Shown: one piece after another, positions 1 to 16,090 of the stretch
Position numbering within the stretch: position 1 is the first letter of the stretch
Layout: the number at the start of each line of letters is the position of its first letter
Source of the DNA: Macrostomum lignano
Lineage: Eukaryota
Length of the DNA stretch: 64,000 nt
Reading direction: 5' to 3'
NCBI GenBank assembly: GCA_002269645.1
Contig: NIVC01000149.1
Span: 62,001 to 126,000, forward strand
Notes under the pieces: model-generated
Databases searched by the model: none
The model's input: only the letters and a program-made list of their open reading frames with translations
Told to the model about the DNA's origin: nothing
Program-made: the position numbers and the translations under genes

Positions 1-370
1 GCTATTGACAATGTCAATTTCAAATTATATATTATATCATATGCGCAGCGCAACTTTAAAGATATCAATATCTACATCAGTGTGTTTATTCTTTGTGTGC
101 TAGTGACTCACTACTGTACATAAATACACCTTACTTATTGATACATCCTTTTTGAATATATTTTTGTGCAGAAATATTTTTGGCTATAGCTAATGTTTTA
201 TCTGTGTTTCAGTTTCTTTTATATGGTATTGAGATCTGGGGTTTGTATGAAATTTTGAGATCTGGTATTATTTTGAGATTTAGGATGCAACAATTTATTA
301 TGGCAACCAGTATAATGGCTGCTTACTCAATGACAATGTGGATTCTATGTGAAATACATAATTACTTCCA

Positions 371-485
371 TGTGGATCTTCCATGTGGAATCCATATCTT
401 GATTCCACATGGATGGACGGAGACAAATGCACATATGGATTTCATATGATAAATCCACATGGAATCCATATCATTTTTTTCACTG
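371..485. mobile_element. Probable right end of a non-autonomous TIR DNA transposon (EnSpm/CACTA-like terminus)
   Basis: Ends in TTTTTTTCACTGGG (reverse complement CCCAGTGAAAAAAA) and has repeated subterminal motifs TGGAATCCATATC / CCA(T/C)(G/A)TGG. The matching left end is not in the window. Confidence 0.35.
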
Positions 486-1353
486 GGGTGCTACTAATGT
501 TAGGCAAAGTTAGCCAAAAATTACAAGTTAAAGCAAAATTAAGCTAAGCTAAGCAATTTGCATTTTGCCTTAAACAAATTTAAAGCAAATCATTTAGGTC
601 TGTTACAATAGGGACTCATTTTTTAGTAACGTTTCTAGCTTTTCATGAACATCTTAATATAAAATTTTAAAATAAAGTATTAGCTCATAACTCCGTATAA
701 ACTCTTTAAAAACAAGTTAATGACAATAAATTACAAGCGCGCGGCTAAAATTTTAACATTACCTTTAAGTGTATTCCGAAAGCTTGGAATTGACATTCAG
801 ACGTACAAGACACTTTACAAACCTCTAAGGCACTTAAATGTACTTTACAAACCTATAGGTACTACTTTTAGGCAGTCCTTTATAAAGTACTTCAGTCCCT
901 TAGGCACTTAGCCGCTGTACATGTAAAATTGTTCTTGCAGTCATATCCCTGCTCAACTCTGACAATCACTTGCATTCACCAAAGATCACCAAAGTCTTGC
1001 AGGGAGCATGAGAATCGCCCTCGGGAGATTTGCCTGCCGAGCAATTCTCATTGACCCATATGTACAGAAATGTTTTTTCAGCAAACTCTACTCAAAGTAG
1101 GTAGGCCACTAAAAATCTGAGCTTAATCTTCAGTAAGAAATTAACTTTTACTACGAAGCTCTTTGCAGAATCCGCTTGTTCAGGAATCCTTAACCAGTTG
1201 CAGCAAGAGGCTAAAGCAGTGCCGTATACCAATATTGAAATAATTGACCTAAAAAAAAGACAAATATATTCAATATGGGGCAAAACAGCTGAGTCCACAA
1301 AAAGGCATTTGCTCTAAAGAAATATAATTAAGGTTAATTAGTCCAGCTAATTG

Positions 1354-1613
<260 letters not shown>

Positions 1614-2929
1614 CAGATTGGAGAGAGGGCAGCTGTGGGCTTGAGGCGTCACAACAATGCAGGCTCCGCCAGTTTCTACTCAGAGCCAGCCGTTGCCCGG
1701 GCACTCCCGTTCCGCTGCACTGTTGGCCCGGTGAGTAATTGTTTTAATCTGGGTTTTTGACAAGAAGTCAGGCAATCAACAGGTTCAAACCAGGCCATAG
1801 TTGTCCTTTCAGAGAGGTAAGTAGGTGAGCACTTTCTGCGGAATTAATGATGAAGCCGCTGCATCACGCGTTAACTGCATCAGCCCACAGCCAGTTGGCA
1901 TCGGGGTGCCTAATTGCGTTGTCGGGTTCTCCTTTATTTCTGAATCACGCAAAAAAACTAATTTAAGAATATTGAAACAGGTCTCTATGCTATTCTTTTA
2001 TTATTTATAAGAAGGATGATTATAAATCGTTTCGGATTTGGCCTGGGCTTAAAATATTTGAATGCGCGCTGCACCGCCTCTCGAGCCCAGTTCCGATGCA
2101 CGCCACGATGACGCGCTTTTCTGTTGGAGTTCATCCCACCCGTATTTTGAAGTCAGTCATTCTGACTGCAAATGACTGCCCGATCGGATTAGCGCCAGCA
2201 ACTGGCATCAATCAGGGATAGGGGCCGCCCAAGTTTTGCATTAGCTGAATAGGCACCACCCTATCCAGTGGGAGTCATGTGATTCCCCAATTAGGTCATT
2301 TCCTGTCGATGTGTTAATTCATTTGCGTCATTCGTTGACGTCGAATGCCTTCCGTGGGCCGTAATTACCGGTAAGCTCATTCTAAGACATCCGGGCAGTT
2401 TGTTTTGCTCAACTTGCTGCCGACCGTCACCTCCGTGTTTTCAGCGGGTCTGTCCTCACTTTGAAATCTCACCTGGAATTCCTCGGCCGGGGGGCTTCGT
2501 TCGTTCGCTAAGGCTCAGAGAGTTCACCAACGACCGAGTTACTCTAAAGTCCACCTGTTGTTTTTCATCTTCCTCAGCGGTAAGCTGACTAGCGGGTCTC
2601 ACTCTCTCGGAAAATTAATTAGAGAAACATGCCGATTGAAACAAAACGTCTCACTTGACATCTGAGTGATCGCGAGGTGAGACCTCGAGGTGAAACGACT
2701 CGAGCTGGATCTGTCCTTGAAGCTATTCAATATTACGAGCATTCCGCTACTGTGGGGCATCCTTTCGCATTTATTGGATTAGCATCATTTTTCCGGGTTC
2801 GTCGGAGGTCACGAGTTAGAATTGGAGCGTAACGAAAGGGGAGCGGATATGGATAGAGCTGGAAAATTGGGTGAAGTGAGCAGAGATAGAACAGAAACTG
2901 TGTCGTAAAAGAGAATTGAAGGAGAAGAG

Positions 2930-3345
2930 AGAGAAGAGAGAATAGAAGAGACAAAAAAGAGAGAGAGAACGTGGAGAGGAGAGCAGATTAAAGAGAGGAG
3001 AGGAGATATTAGAGGAGAAGGGAGAAGAGAGATTAGAGGAGAGAGGAGAAGAGAGAGGAGGAGAAGGGAGAGGAGAGATTGGAGGAGAAGGGAGAGGAGA
3101 GATTAGAGAAGGGAGAGGAGAGAGGAGAGGAGAGATTAGAGGAGAGAGGAGAGGAGAGAGGAGAGGAGAAGGGAGAGGAGAGATTGGAGGAGAAGGGAGA
3201 GGAGAGATTAGAGAAGGGAGAGGAGAGAGGAGAGGAGAATGGAGAGGAGAGATTAGAGGAGAGATTAGAGGAGAGAGGGTACAGGGGAGAAAGGGTGATA
3301 CGCTCGTAGAGAGAGAGAAGAGAGGAGAGAGGAGAGGGGAAATGG
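2930..3345 (+). repeat. GA-rich low-complexity tract (GAGAGGAGA variants)
   Basis: Purine-only degenerate repeat. Confidence 0.9.
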
Positions 3346-3716
3346 CTTATTGTTTGATGAGAACATATTTGACAGAGAATAATCTTAGCAACAAGCAATG
3401 CAGCCTGTAGCGCTTTAATCTAAAACCTCAACATGCATTTCCATTTCCCTCGCATATTAGGAGCTCGCAATAAGAGGCACAGCACAGAGACAATGGGCCA
3501 AGCAAACCCGCACCCAGCGGAAGCGGATCCCACGCACCTCAGCAACACGGGGCAGCCAGGCGCAGTCCTGTGCCTCCAGTTGAACCGCTGCCCGCCCACG
3601 CAACAGCATTCCCTTTGCGTGACCGGCCACCTCGCCTCCGCCGCCCTCCCCCCGGCAGCCAACCCACTCCCCGGCCCGCACTTTAACCGCTGCGCGTCTT
3701 GAGCCTGAGATGACTT

Positions 3717-3874
3717 TCACTCTCACTCTGACTCTGACTCTCACTCTGACTTCTCACTCTGACTCTGACTCACTCTGACTCTCACTCTGACTCTCACTCT
3801 GACTCTCACTCTCACTCTCACTCTCACTCTGACTCTGACTCTGACTCTCACTCTGACTCTGACTCTGACTCTCA
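3717..3874 (+). repeat. (CTCTGA/CTCTCA)n hexamer repeat
   Basis: Tandem hexamers seen directly. Confidence 0.95.
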
Positions 3875-3930
3875 CCAAGCCTCAGCAGAATTTCGATTCG
3901 ATGGAAATTATTTGTTTCTTAAAAGCAATT

Positions 3931-4546
3931 TGTAATAACTCATGCGAACCACTGGTTAAGTAAGTTAGAACTTTACGAGAAAGCTTGAGCGACTGCTAGT
4001 TAGCGCACGCGTATATATATTAAATAGCCACGACGTACATTAGTACACGATACACGTACACGCGAGGACGAGCAATCAATGAGGTGCATACTTAAGCAAT
4101 AACCAACGTGCCCACGCAACCCCAGATCAGTCCAGTGGCACTTTGCCACATTCCTCCCCGCATAAGTCAATCATATCCCAGTCGGTCGGGTGCCTTCCGG
4201 ATTCTCATGGATCGCCGTAGAAGCTCGTCGGTTTGGCCGGCGCCGGAGCAGTCCGCGGGCTGCAGAACTCCAACTGCTTCTGCCAGTGGGCTCGCTTCGC
4301 CTTCGTTGCTCAACTCATCGGGCGCGGGTTGCTGCTCCGGAACGGCCTGCTGAGAGGTCTGTTCTCGGTCTGTGTTTTGAGAAACGCCAGAATTGTCGAG
4401 GCCACGCATGTGATCGACATGACGGCGGATGAGCTGGCCGTCAGGAAAAGCGCAAGTAAACCAGCGACCAGCGGCGGCCGGGCTCTCTGCCGCTGACGAC
4501 CGCCGGCTCCCAGCGCGAGTTCAAACCCGGACGGAAGTCACGGCAC
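3931..4546 (-). mobile_element. Truncated Ty3/Gypsy LTR retrotransposon 3' end (integrase C-terminus, PPT, 3' LTR)
   Basis: The minus strand encodes RDFRP..SRWEPAVV, then after a frameshift GQLIRRHVDHMR...LRRSMRIRKAPDRLGYD*, a typical Gypsy integrase tail. It is followed by the polypurine tract GGGGAGGAA and a TG-started LTR (4150) ending ...TTACA at about 3931. Confidence 0.75.
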
Positions 4547-4599
4547 AATTCTTCAAATCTATGATTTTGCTTTTATCTGTCCAATATCTTCCACTCCAT

Positions 4600-4800
4600 G
4601 TCTGACTCTTCCTGCTTCTACTTCTCCTACTTTCCTCTCCCACTCTCATCTCCCTCTCTCATCTCCCTCTCTCCCTCTCCCTCTCTCCTCTCCCTCTCTC
4701 CTCTCCCTTTCTCATCTCCCTCTCTCTCTCCCTTTCTCATCTCCCTCTCTCCTCTCCCTCTCTACCTCTTCTCCCCATTGTTTACTTCATTCCTCACTCT
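4600..4800 (+). repeat. CT-rich low-complexity tract
   Basis: Pyrimidine-only degenerate repeat. Confidence 0.85.
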
Positions 4801-5175
4801 CCTCCCACTGCATTCTCATTTCCAGCCCACACACCGCTTGACAACAAGACAGCTCGTATCTGTCTAAATAAGGTGGTCTAACAAAAAATTATTTTGAATT
4901 GTCGCGTGGCAATCAGGGGGATTCCATTCAAACTGGTGAGCTTCAGGCAAGAAGGACAGAAATTTTCAGTGTTCTATTTTTAGATCCCAGCGGGGATAGA
5001 AGGAGTTTCGGCCAGCTGATTGGCCGGCGGCGCGTTCCTGCTGCTGTTTGCTGGTGGGGCAGAGACTCAACAGTGCACTGCGGATCGGGACGGGGCAGGG
5101 CTGGGATTGCCCGCCTACTAAACAGCGTTCCCGGCAGAGGGAAGAGTGGTCGCGGGGCAGCCACCCCATCTGAGG

Positions 5176-5210
5176 CCATATTTGGCGGTGCCGGCAATCA
5201 TTCATAAAAG
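5176..5210 (+). promoter_or_regulatory. CArG box (serum response element core) and TATA-like element of the egr promoter
   Basis: CCATATTTGG at 5176-5185 fits CC(A/T)6GG exactly. CATAAAAG lies at 5203-5210, an inverted CCAAT (ATTGG) at 5019-5023, and the egr ATG at 5305. Confidence 0.6.
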
Positions 5211-5304
5211 TGCTCCGCTCTCGTTGGCACTCGGCGCTGCCAGCTCCAGTCGGATTCGAGCAGCATTTTTTTCCCGGGGTTCGCTTCGCGCTGAACGAGC
5301 TCAA

Positions 5305-9725
<4,421 letters not shown>

Positions 9726-9757
9726 CTGTGACTGGCGGGGATAGGTGGGCTCGTTCG

Positions 9758-11272
9758 ACAAGTGAGATAGTGACAGGTTCGCGTGATTGACAGGTGAGAT
9801 AGTGACAGGTTGGAGGGATTGACAGATGAGATAGTGACAGGTTGGCGTGATTGACAGGTGAGATAGTGACAGGTTGGAGGGATTGACAGGTGAGATAGTG
9901 ACAGGTTGGCGTGATTGACAGGTGAGATAGTGACAGGTTGGAGGGATTGACAGATGAGATAGTGACAGGTTGGCGTGATTGACAGATGAGATAGTGACAG
10001 GTTGGCGTGATTGACAGGTGAGATAGTGACAGGTTGGAAGGATTGACAGGTAAGATAGTGACAGGTTCGCGTGATTGACAGATGAGATAGTGACAGGTTG
10101 GAGGGATTGACAGGTGAGATAGTGACAGGTTGGCGTGATTGACAGATGAGATAGTGACAGGTTGGCGTGATTGACAGATGAGATAGTGACAGGTTGGTGT
10201 GATTGACAGGTGAGATAGTGACAGGTTGGAGGGATTGACAGATGAGATAGTGACAGGTTGGTGTGATTGACAGGTGAGATAGTGACAGGTTGGAGGGATT
10301 GACAGGTGAGATAGTGACAGGTTGGAACAGGTGAGATAGTGACAGGTTGAGATTGAGTGACAGGTTGGCGTGATTGACAGGTGAGATAGTGACAGGTTGG
10401 CGTGATTGACAGGTGAGATAGTGACAGGTTGGAGGGATTGACAGATGAGATAGTGACAGGTTGGCGTGATTGACAGGTGAGATAGTGACAGGTTGGAGGG
10501 ATTGACAGATGAGATAGTGACAGGTTGGTGTGATTGACAGGTGAGATAGTGACAGGTTGGAGGGATTGACAGATGAGATAGTGACAGGTTGGTGTGATTG
10601 ACAGGTGAGATAGTGACAGGTTGGAGGGATTGACAGGTGAGATAGTGACAGGTTGGCGTGATTGACAGGTGAGATAGTGACAGGTTGGAAGGATTGACAG
10701 GTGAGATAGTGACAGGTTCGCGTGATTGACAGATGAGATAGTGACAGGTTGGAGGGATTGACAGGTGAGATAGTGACAGGTTGGCGTGATTGACAGGTGA
10801 GATAGTGACAGGTTGGCGTGATTGACAGGTGAGATAGTGACAGGTTGGCGTGATTGACAGATGAGATAGTGACATGTTGGCGTGATTGACAGATGAGATA
10901 GTGACAGGTTGGAGGGATTGACAGATGAGATAGTGACAGGTTGGCGTGATTGACAGGTGAGATAGTGACAGGTTGGCGTGATTGACAGATGAGATAGTGA
11001 CAGGTTGGCGTGATTGACAGGTGAGATAGTGACAGGTTGGAGGGATTGACAGATGAGATAGTGACAGGTTGGCGTGATTGACAGGTGAGATAGTGACAGG
11101 TTGGAGGGATTGACAGATGAGATAGTGACAGGTTGGCGTGATTGACAGATGAGATAGTGACAGGTTGGAGGGATTGACAGATGAGATAGTGACAGGTTGG
11201 AGGGATTGGCAGGTGAGATAGTGACAGGTTGGAGGGATTGACAGGTGAGATAGTGACAGTTTTTAGTGACAG
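9758..11272 (+). repeat. 32-bp minisatellite, about 47 units, directly after the egr stop codon
   Basis: Unit GTGAGATAGTGACAGGTTGG(CGT/AGG)GATTGACAG. A candidate poly(A) signal AATAAA lies at 11384-11389. Confidence 0.97.
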
Positions 11273-12046
11273 GTGAAAGTTACAGGTGGTATTATATACG
11301 CGTCAGTTAAATAGTATTTCTGACTAACATGCCCTTGGTTAAGAAATCAGGTTTCAGATTTTTTCTATGTTAATTGTGTTTCAAATAAAGAATATTTCAG
11401 CAACTAATATGAAATTATTGTCATGGGCTTTTCCCATTCCGAACCAAGTTATGTATCGGTGTGCTACAACAGTTTTGCTTAAAATATTTCTACTCTGTGA
11501 CCCTAGAGCTGCTTCTCACTCTGTTTATCGCTAATAGAAAACCTGTGTGTTGTATCTGAGCTTTAAGGCTTTGAATTTGTACTTTTTAAACAGGCGAACA
11601 AATTTCAATGTGCATTTTGTCACGTGTTTTGTGCTAAAATTTTTGTGCCGCACCCACCCTCAGTGCTGAGGCCCAATGCAGAAGTTGCTGGGCAGACGAC
11701 GAGCCCAAAACTCCTCTGTCCGATTCCCTGCCAAACAGAGAGGCCATCTTTACTGCATATTTTCCAGCTCAGCCAAGGCTCATCCGCTACTTGCATTGGT
11801 GAGGATCGCATAGCACTGCATTCCATGACAGCCCAGTGCCAAGGCCGGCCCCCTCCCCCATTGTGTCATTTGTCAGATCAGATTTGAGAATTTCGCACCT
11901 CTGTGTGTATTGAAGATTTTTCCTCATTGACTATTACTGTTTTGAGCTGTCACCCCTTGGCCCATTCTGTGTAACCTGTACTGTGTGTTTGCACTGCAAA
12001 TAAAACTGGATATTCCAACTGGACCTGCGCTTGCAGACCAGAGATT

Positions 12047-12610
12047 TCCCAGCAAAAATCGCCACATGAGATTCTTACTGAGATTTTCACCCTAAAAATC
12101 TTGTTGAGATTCTCATCTCACGAATCTTACTAAGATTCTCACCTCAAAATCTTACTGAGATTCTCACCTTAAAATCTGTTGAGATTCTCACCTCAAGAAT
12201 CTTACTGAGATTCTCACCTCAAGAATCTTACTGAGATTCTCATCTCACGAATCTTACTGAGATTTTCACCTCAAGAATCTTGTTTTGAGATTCTCACCTC
12301 AAGAATCTTACTGAGATTCTCATCTCACGAATCTTACTGAGATTTTCACCTCAAGAATCTTACTGAGATTCTCATCTCACGAATCTTACTGAGATTCTCA
12401 CCTCAAGAATCTTACTGAGATTCTCACCTCAAAAATCTTACTGAGATCCTCAAAAATCTTACTGAAATTCTCACCTTAAGAATCCTGTTGAGATTCCCAC
12501 CTTAAGAATCTTGTTTTGAGATTCTCACCTCAAGAATCTTACTGAGATTCTCACCTCAAGAATCTTACTGAGATTCTCATCTCACGAATCTTACTGAGAT
12601 TCTCACCTGA
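12047..12610 (+). repeat. 26-bp tandem repeat (TGAGATTCTCACCTCAAGAATCTTAC), possibly subterminal repeats of a CCCAG-ended transposon
   Basis: About 20 units, preceded by CCCAGCAAAAA at 12047. No matching right end was found. Confidence 0.85.
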
Positions 12611-13294
12611 ATAATTTTGTTAGTGCAATTTAATAAAATTAGCAATAGTCGTTGAGGACTAAATTCTCGGAGCAAAATACACAGATTCATATATCCTGGT
12701 TACTAGAAGACTCTAAGCTTCCCTATCCCATCTGCTGATTGAGTTCAATTAAGGCAAGACAGATGACGCAAAATAGGCCCCTCAGGAGCCAATAGGAACA
12801 GGCGGGGTTCCCAGTCATGGCTAAAAATAGATCATAGCAGGTTGATGTGTACTTTATTTATGCATGCTTGGGACAGATTTTTGCTAGAGGCTATTAATAA
12901 AGCAGTTATGGTGTGCGCGGGCTGCGGTACTATAGGCCCAGGTGCTTTAGCCAGAATTCGGATCCGCAAACGCCCACACAAAGATGGAACTGTGGGTTAA
13001 TTTGGTCCTAATTCTGTTATTCGTTTGGATGGTCTATTTTTGTTTTCCGAGATTGGTAAACCAAAATTGGACCAGATTGAAAAAAATGGAAAATTGGAAA
13101 ATATTGACTGCTTCCGCCAGATTCCGGCAGATCTGCTTCCGCCGGCTCTACAAGTACGAGTACTTCAGAGAGCTTAGGCTTAATCGGTTCCTCAATGATG
13201 TCAGTTATTCTAAAAAAAGATGCAAGTAACCTTATCCTGCTCTCATCAAGGATGCATTGGTGTCACTGCCCGCTGCGCGACTCGACCTCTGTGT

Positions 13295-13446
13295 GACCTC
13301 TGTGTCACCTGCAGCTTCCCATCATCTCTCCTGCAGTTTTCCTTCACCTCTCCTGCAGCTTCCCTTCATCTCTGCTGCAGCTTCCCTTCATCTGTCCTGC
13401 GGCTTCCCTTCACCTCTCCTGCAGCTTCCCTTCATCTCCTGCAGAC
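13295..13446 (+). repeat. Degenerate ~21-bp repeat (CTGCAGCTTCCCTTCATCTCT)
   Basis: About 7 units. Confidence 0.75.
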
Positions 13447-13986
13447 ACTACCATTCATCTCAATCCTGCAATTTTCAGCCAGGTCGCTTCTTAAGCTCAC
13501 CTTATCAGTTTAAATTGTTTCAGTGAATATTAATAATTTTTAAAAGCTCAATTTTCCCAGGAAAATTTGTCTCTCGTTATTCTCTGCCAATATTTCTCTC
13601 TAAAAGCTGTTCTTGCTTGTTCCACCTGCCCAACGTCCTTATAGGCTTAATGTGACGCTCCATCCGCCCAAAACATCCTACTGCTCCAAATTTCCTTGTC
13701 CCGTATTCCCATAAATGAATTTCCCGTGACCATATCGAGTGTGCCTGTCTTTGACTTCCTCTAATTTACCTTAGCCAGTCGCTGAACTTATCTAAATCCT
13801 CGTTATAGCCATTCAATTTGATAATGGCAAAGAGAAAACAAAATATTTCCTTGATTTGTTTAATTAATTGCCGATTGGGTCTTGGATGACCTCGAGATGA
13901 GCTCAATTCTAAGCGAGACTACTCATAGTAGAGTAGAAGCAAGTTAATAATCACGGCCGGGCAACTGAAGTTAAGAATGATGCTAA

Positions 13987-14120
13987 GGGGGCCGTGGCCT
14001 AGTGGTCTGGCGCGGTGCTCTGATGTGCCAGCGGCCTGGGCTCGATTCTAAGTTCAGACATGTTAATTTGGGGCTAAATTGGAATATCGATATACCTGGT
14101 ATGTTCGATTAGCTCTAAAA
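13987..14120 (+). mobile_element. 5' fragment of a tRNA-derived SINE (same family as 24741-25098)
   Basis: GGGGGCCGTGGCCTAGTGG (A box), GGCTCGATTC (B-box-like) and TTAATTTGGGGCT; alignable by eye with the copy at 24741. Confidence 0.7.
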
Positions 14121-14124
14121 ATGT

Positions 14125-14219
14125 TTAATAATAATAATAATAATAATAAATATTACTAATAATAATAAATAATAATAATAATGTTAATAATAATGTTAAT
14201 AATAATAATAATGATGATG

Positions 14220-14250
<31 letters not shown>

Positions 14251-14525
14251 GAGTATTAATATTAATATTAATTGATCCAAGACAGCTCAGCCGCCGCTAT
14301 TGCATGGCGCATCTGAAGGCTGCGTACGGCTGTTCAGTCCAAGGACTGGGGGGGGGGGGGTCGCCACACACAGCCTCAATTACCCCAGCTAATGCTGGCA
14401 CCCATTTTACAGCTGGGTGAACTGAAGCAATGCAGAGAGTTACACGTAAGTGTCATACTTGAGAACACAAATTGTTCCGAGTGAGTCGAACCCCCGACCT
14501 TTCAGTCGCGAGTCTAGGCTACATA
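14125..14525 (-). mobile_element. tRNA-derived SINE with (TTA)n tail
   Basis: B box GGTTCGACTC on the minus strand (14483-14492). The body contains CCCATTTTACAGCTGGGTGAACTG, typical of invertebrate SINE cores. The (AAT)n at 14125-14270 forms the 3' tail. Confidence 0.65.
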
Positions 14526-15000
14526 GAACTACATTTTAAAGCTTAGTTTATGGTATAAACCCTGTGCTCAAATTATGACTCAGCATGCACGAAAATGGCA
14601 TCTTTTTTAAAACTCCATGACGCAAGCGCTTATCATAATTAAGAACTAATTTTTGTCTAATATAAACAAGCTCTGTGCAGCGTCAAGGTTGCAATATTTT
14701 CTCTGCTAGCTAAAAATAGTCATTACATTTACAGTGAGCAAAACACTGAAGAGGCAGCTACGTAAGCGTGAAAATTGCTGATAAAAAAAAACAAAAAAAG
14801 TTGCTCCCGAGCAAAAGCGATGCGAAACTGCAGCGCGCAGGCCACTGCCAATAGGAAAATGCTTTTTAAACTAAAGCGAAAATAGCAACACTCGATGTAG
14901 CATACATATTTTCTTCCATTAAAGCAGATTAAAAATAGCAGCTCCATCATTGATTGCGCATCGGATGCAATAGCAGCATGTAGTCGATGGTCGCGATTTT

Positions 15001-15705
15001 AATTTATATCAATACATCAATCGGTCACTGATTTTGCATTGATAGATTAATCGGTCACTGATTCTAAATCAATAGATCAATCGGTCACTGATTCTAGATC
15101 AACAGATCAATCCGTCACTGATTCTAGATCAACAGATCAATCTGTCACTGATTCCAGATCAACAGATCAATCCGTCCCTGATTCTAGATCAATAGATCAA
15201 TCGGTCACGGATTTCGGATCAATAGATCTATCGGTCACTGATTTCGCATGAATAGATCAATCAGTCACTGATTTTGGATCAATAGATTAATCGGTCACTG
15301 ATTTTGGATCAATAGATTAATCGGTCATTGATTCTAGATCAACAGATCAATCCGTCACTGATTCTAGATCAACAGATCAATCCGTCACTGATTCTAGATC
15401 AACAGATCAATCCGTCACTGATTCTAGATCAACAGATCAATCCGTCCCTGATTCTAGATCAATAGATCAATCGGTCACTGATTTCGGATCAATAGATCAA
15501 TCGGTCACTGATTTCGGATCAATAGATCAATCGGTCATTGAGTTTGCATCAATAGGTCAATCGGTCACTGATTTTGCATTAAAAGATCAATCGGTCACTG
15601 TTTCTAGATCAATACATCAATCGGTCACTGATTTTGCATTAATACATCAATTGGTCACTGATTTTGGATCAATAGATCAATCAGTCACTGATTTTGGATC
15701 AAAAT
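15001..15705 (+). repeat. 30-bp minisatellite (ATTCTAGATCAAYAGATCAATCSGTCACTG), about 23 units
   Basis: 30-bp period seen directly. Confidence 0.95.
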
Positions 15706-15920
15706 ATCACCGATAATTCGGTTTTACGCTTGTAAGCATATGAGCGGAGTGTGAGTGCATACCTCGTGAGAAGTGATATAGTGACTTGGCAGTATTGAAC
15801 CATACACAGAATAACTATAATGCGGGCTCATAAATACTTTGATTAAAAAATAAACTGTTAAGCAGATAACTTTTGTCGGAATATCAAAAACAATCGAAGT
15901 ATACGACTTAGAAAATGCAT

Positions 15921-16090
15921 GGGAGCTCAGAGCAGCTCATGCAGTGGTGAACGCGTCTGACGCGAGCGCCCCCCCCCCCACCCCCAACCCCTGGTTCGAT
16001 TCCGTGCGCGGCCACGGTAAATTTGTGACTTGCGCACGACAAATTAGCCTGCTGGGAGTTTATTGCGCAAGCCTCTCCTGCGAAGCGCTA
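15921..16090 (+). mobile_element. tRNA-like / SINE head fragment
   Basis: B box GGTTCGATTCC at 15993-16003 and an A-box-like GCTCATGCAGTGG upstream, interrupted by a C-run. A clean cloverleaf cannot be folded. Confidence 0.35.

Noticed and set aside
1661-2590. Candidate upstream non-coding exons (donors at about 1731 and 2580)
   Set aside because: Only donor-like motifs, with no ORF or acceptor evidence linking them to egr or another gene.
11618-12046. Possible solo LTR (starts TGTCACG, AATAAA near 12000)
   Set aside because: I could not find a matching CA end or target-site duplication.
12068-12610. Heat-shock-element or Su(H) reading of the 26-bp repeat
   Set aside because: The nGAAn spacing is imperfect and the GGTGAGAA core misses the leading pyrimidine; too weak to claim.
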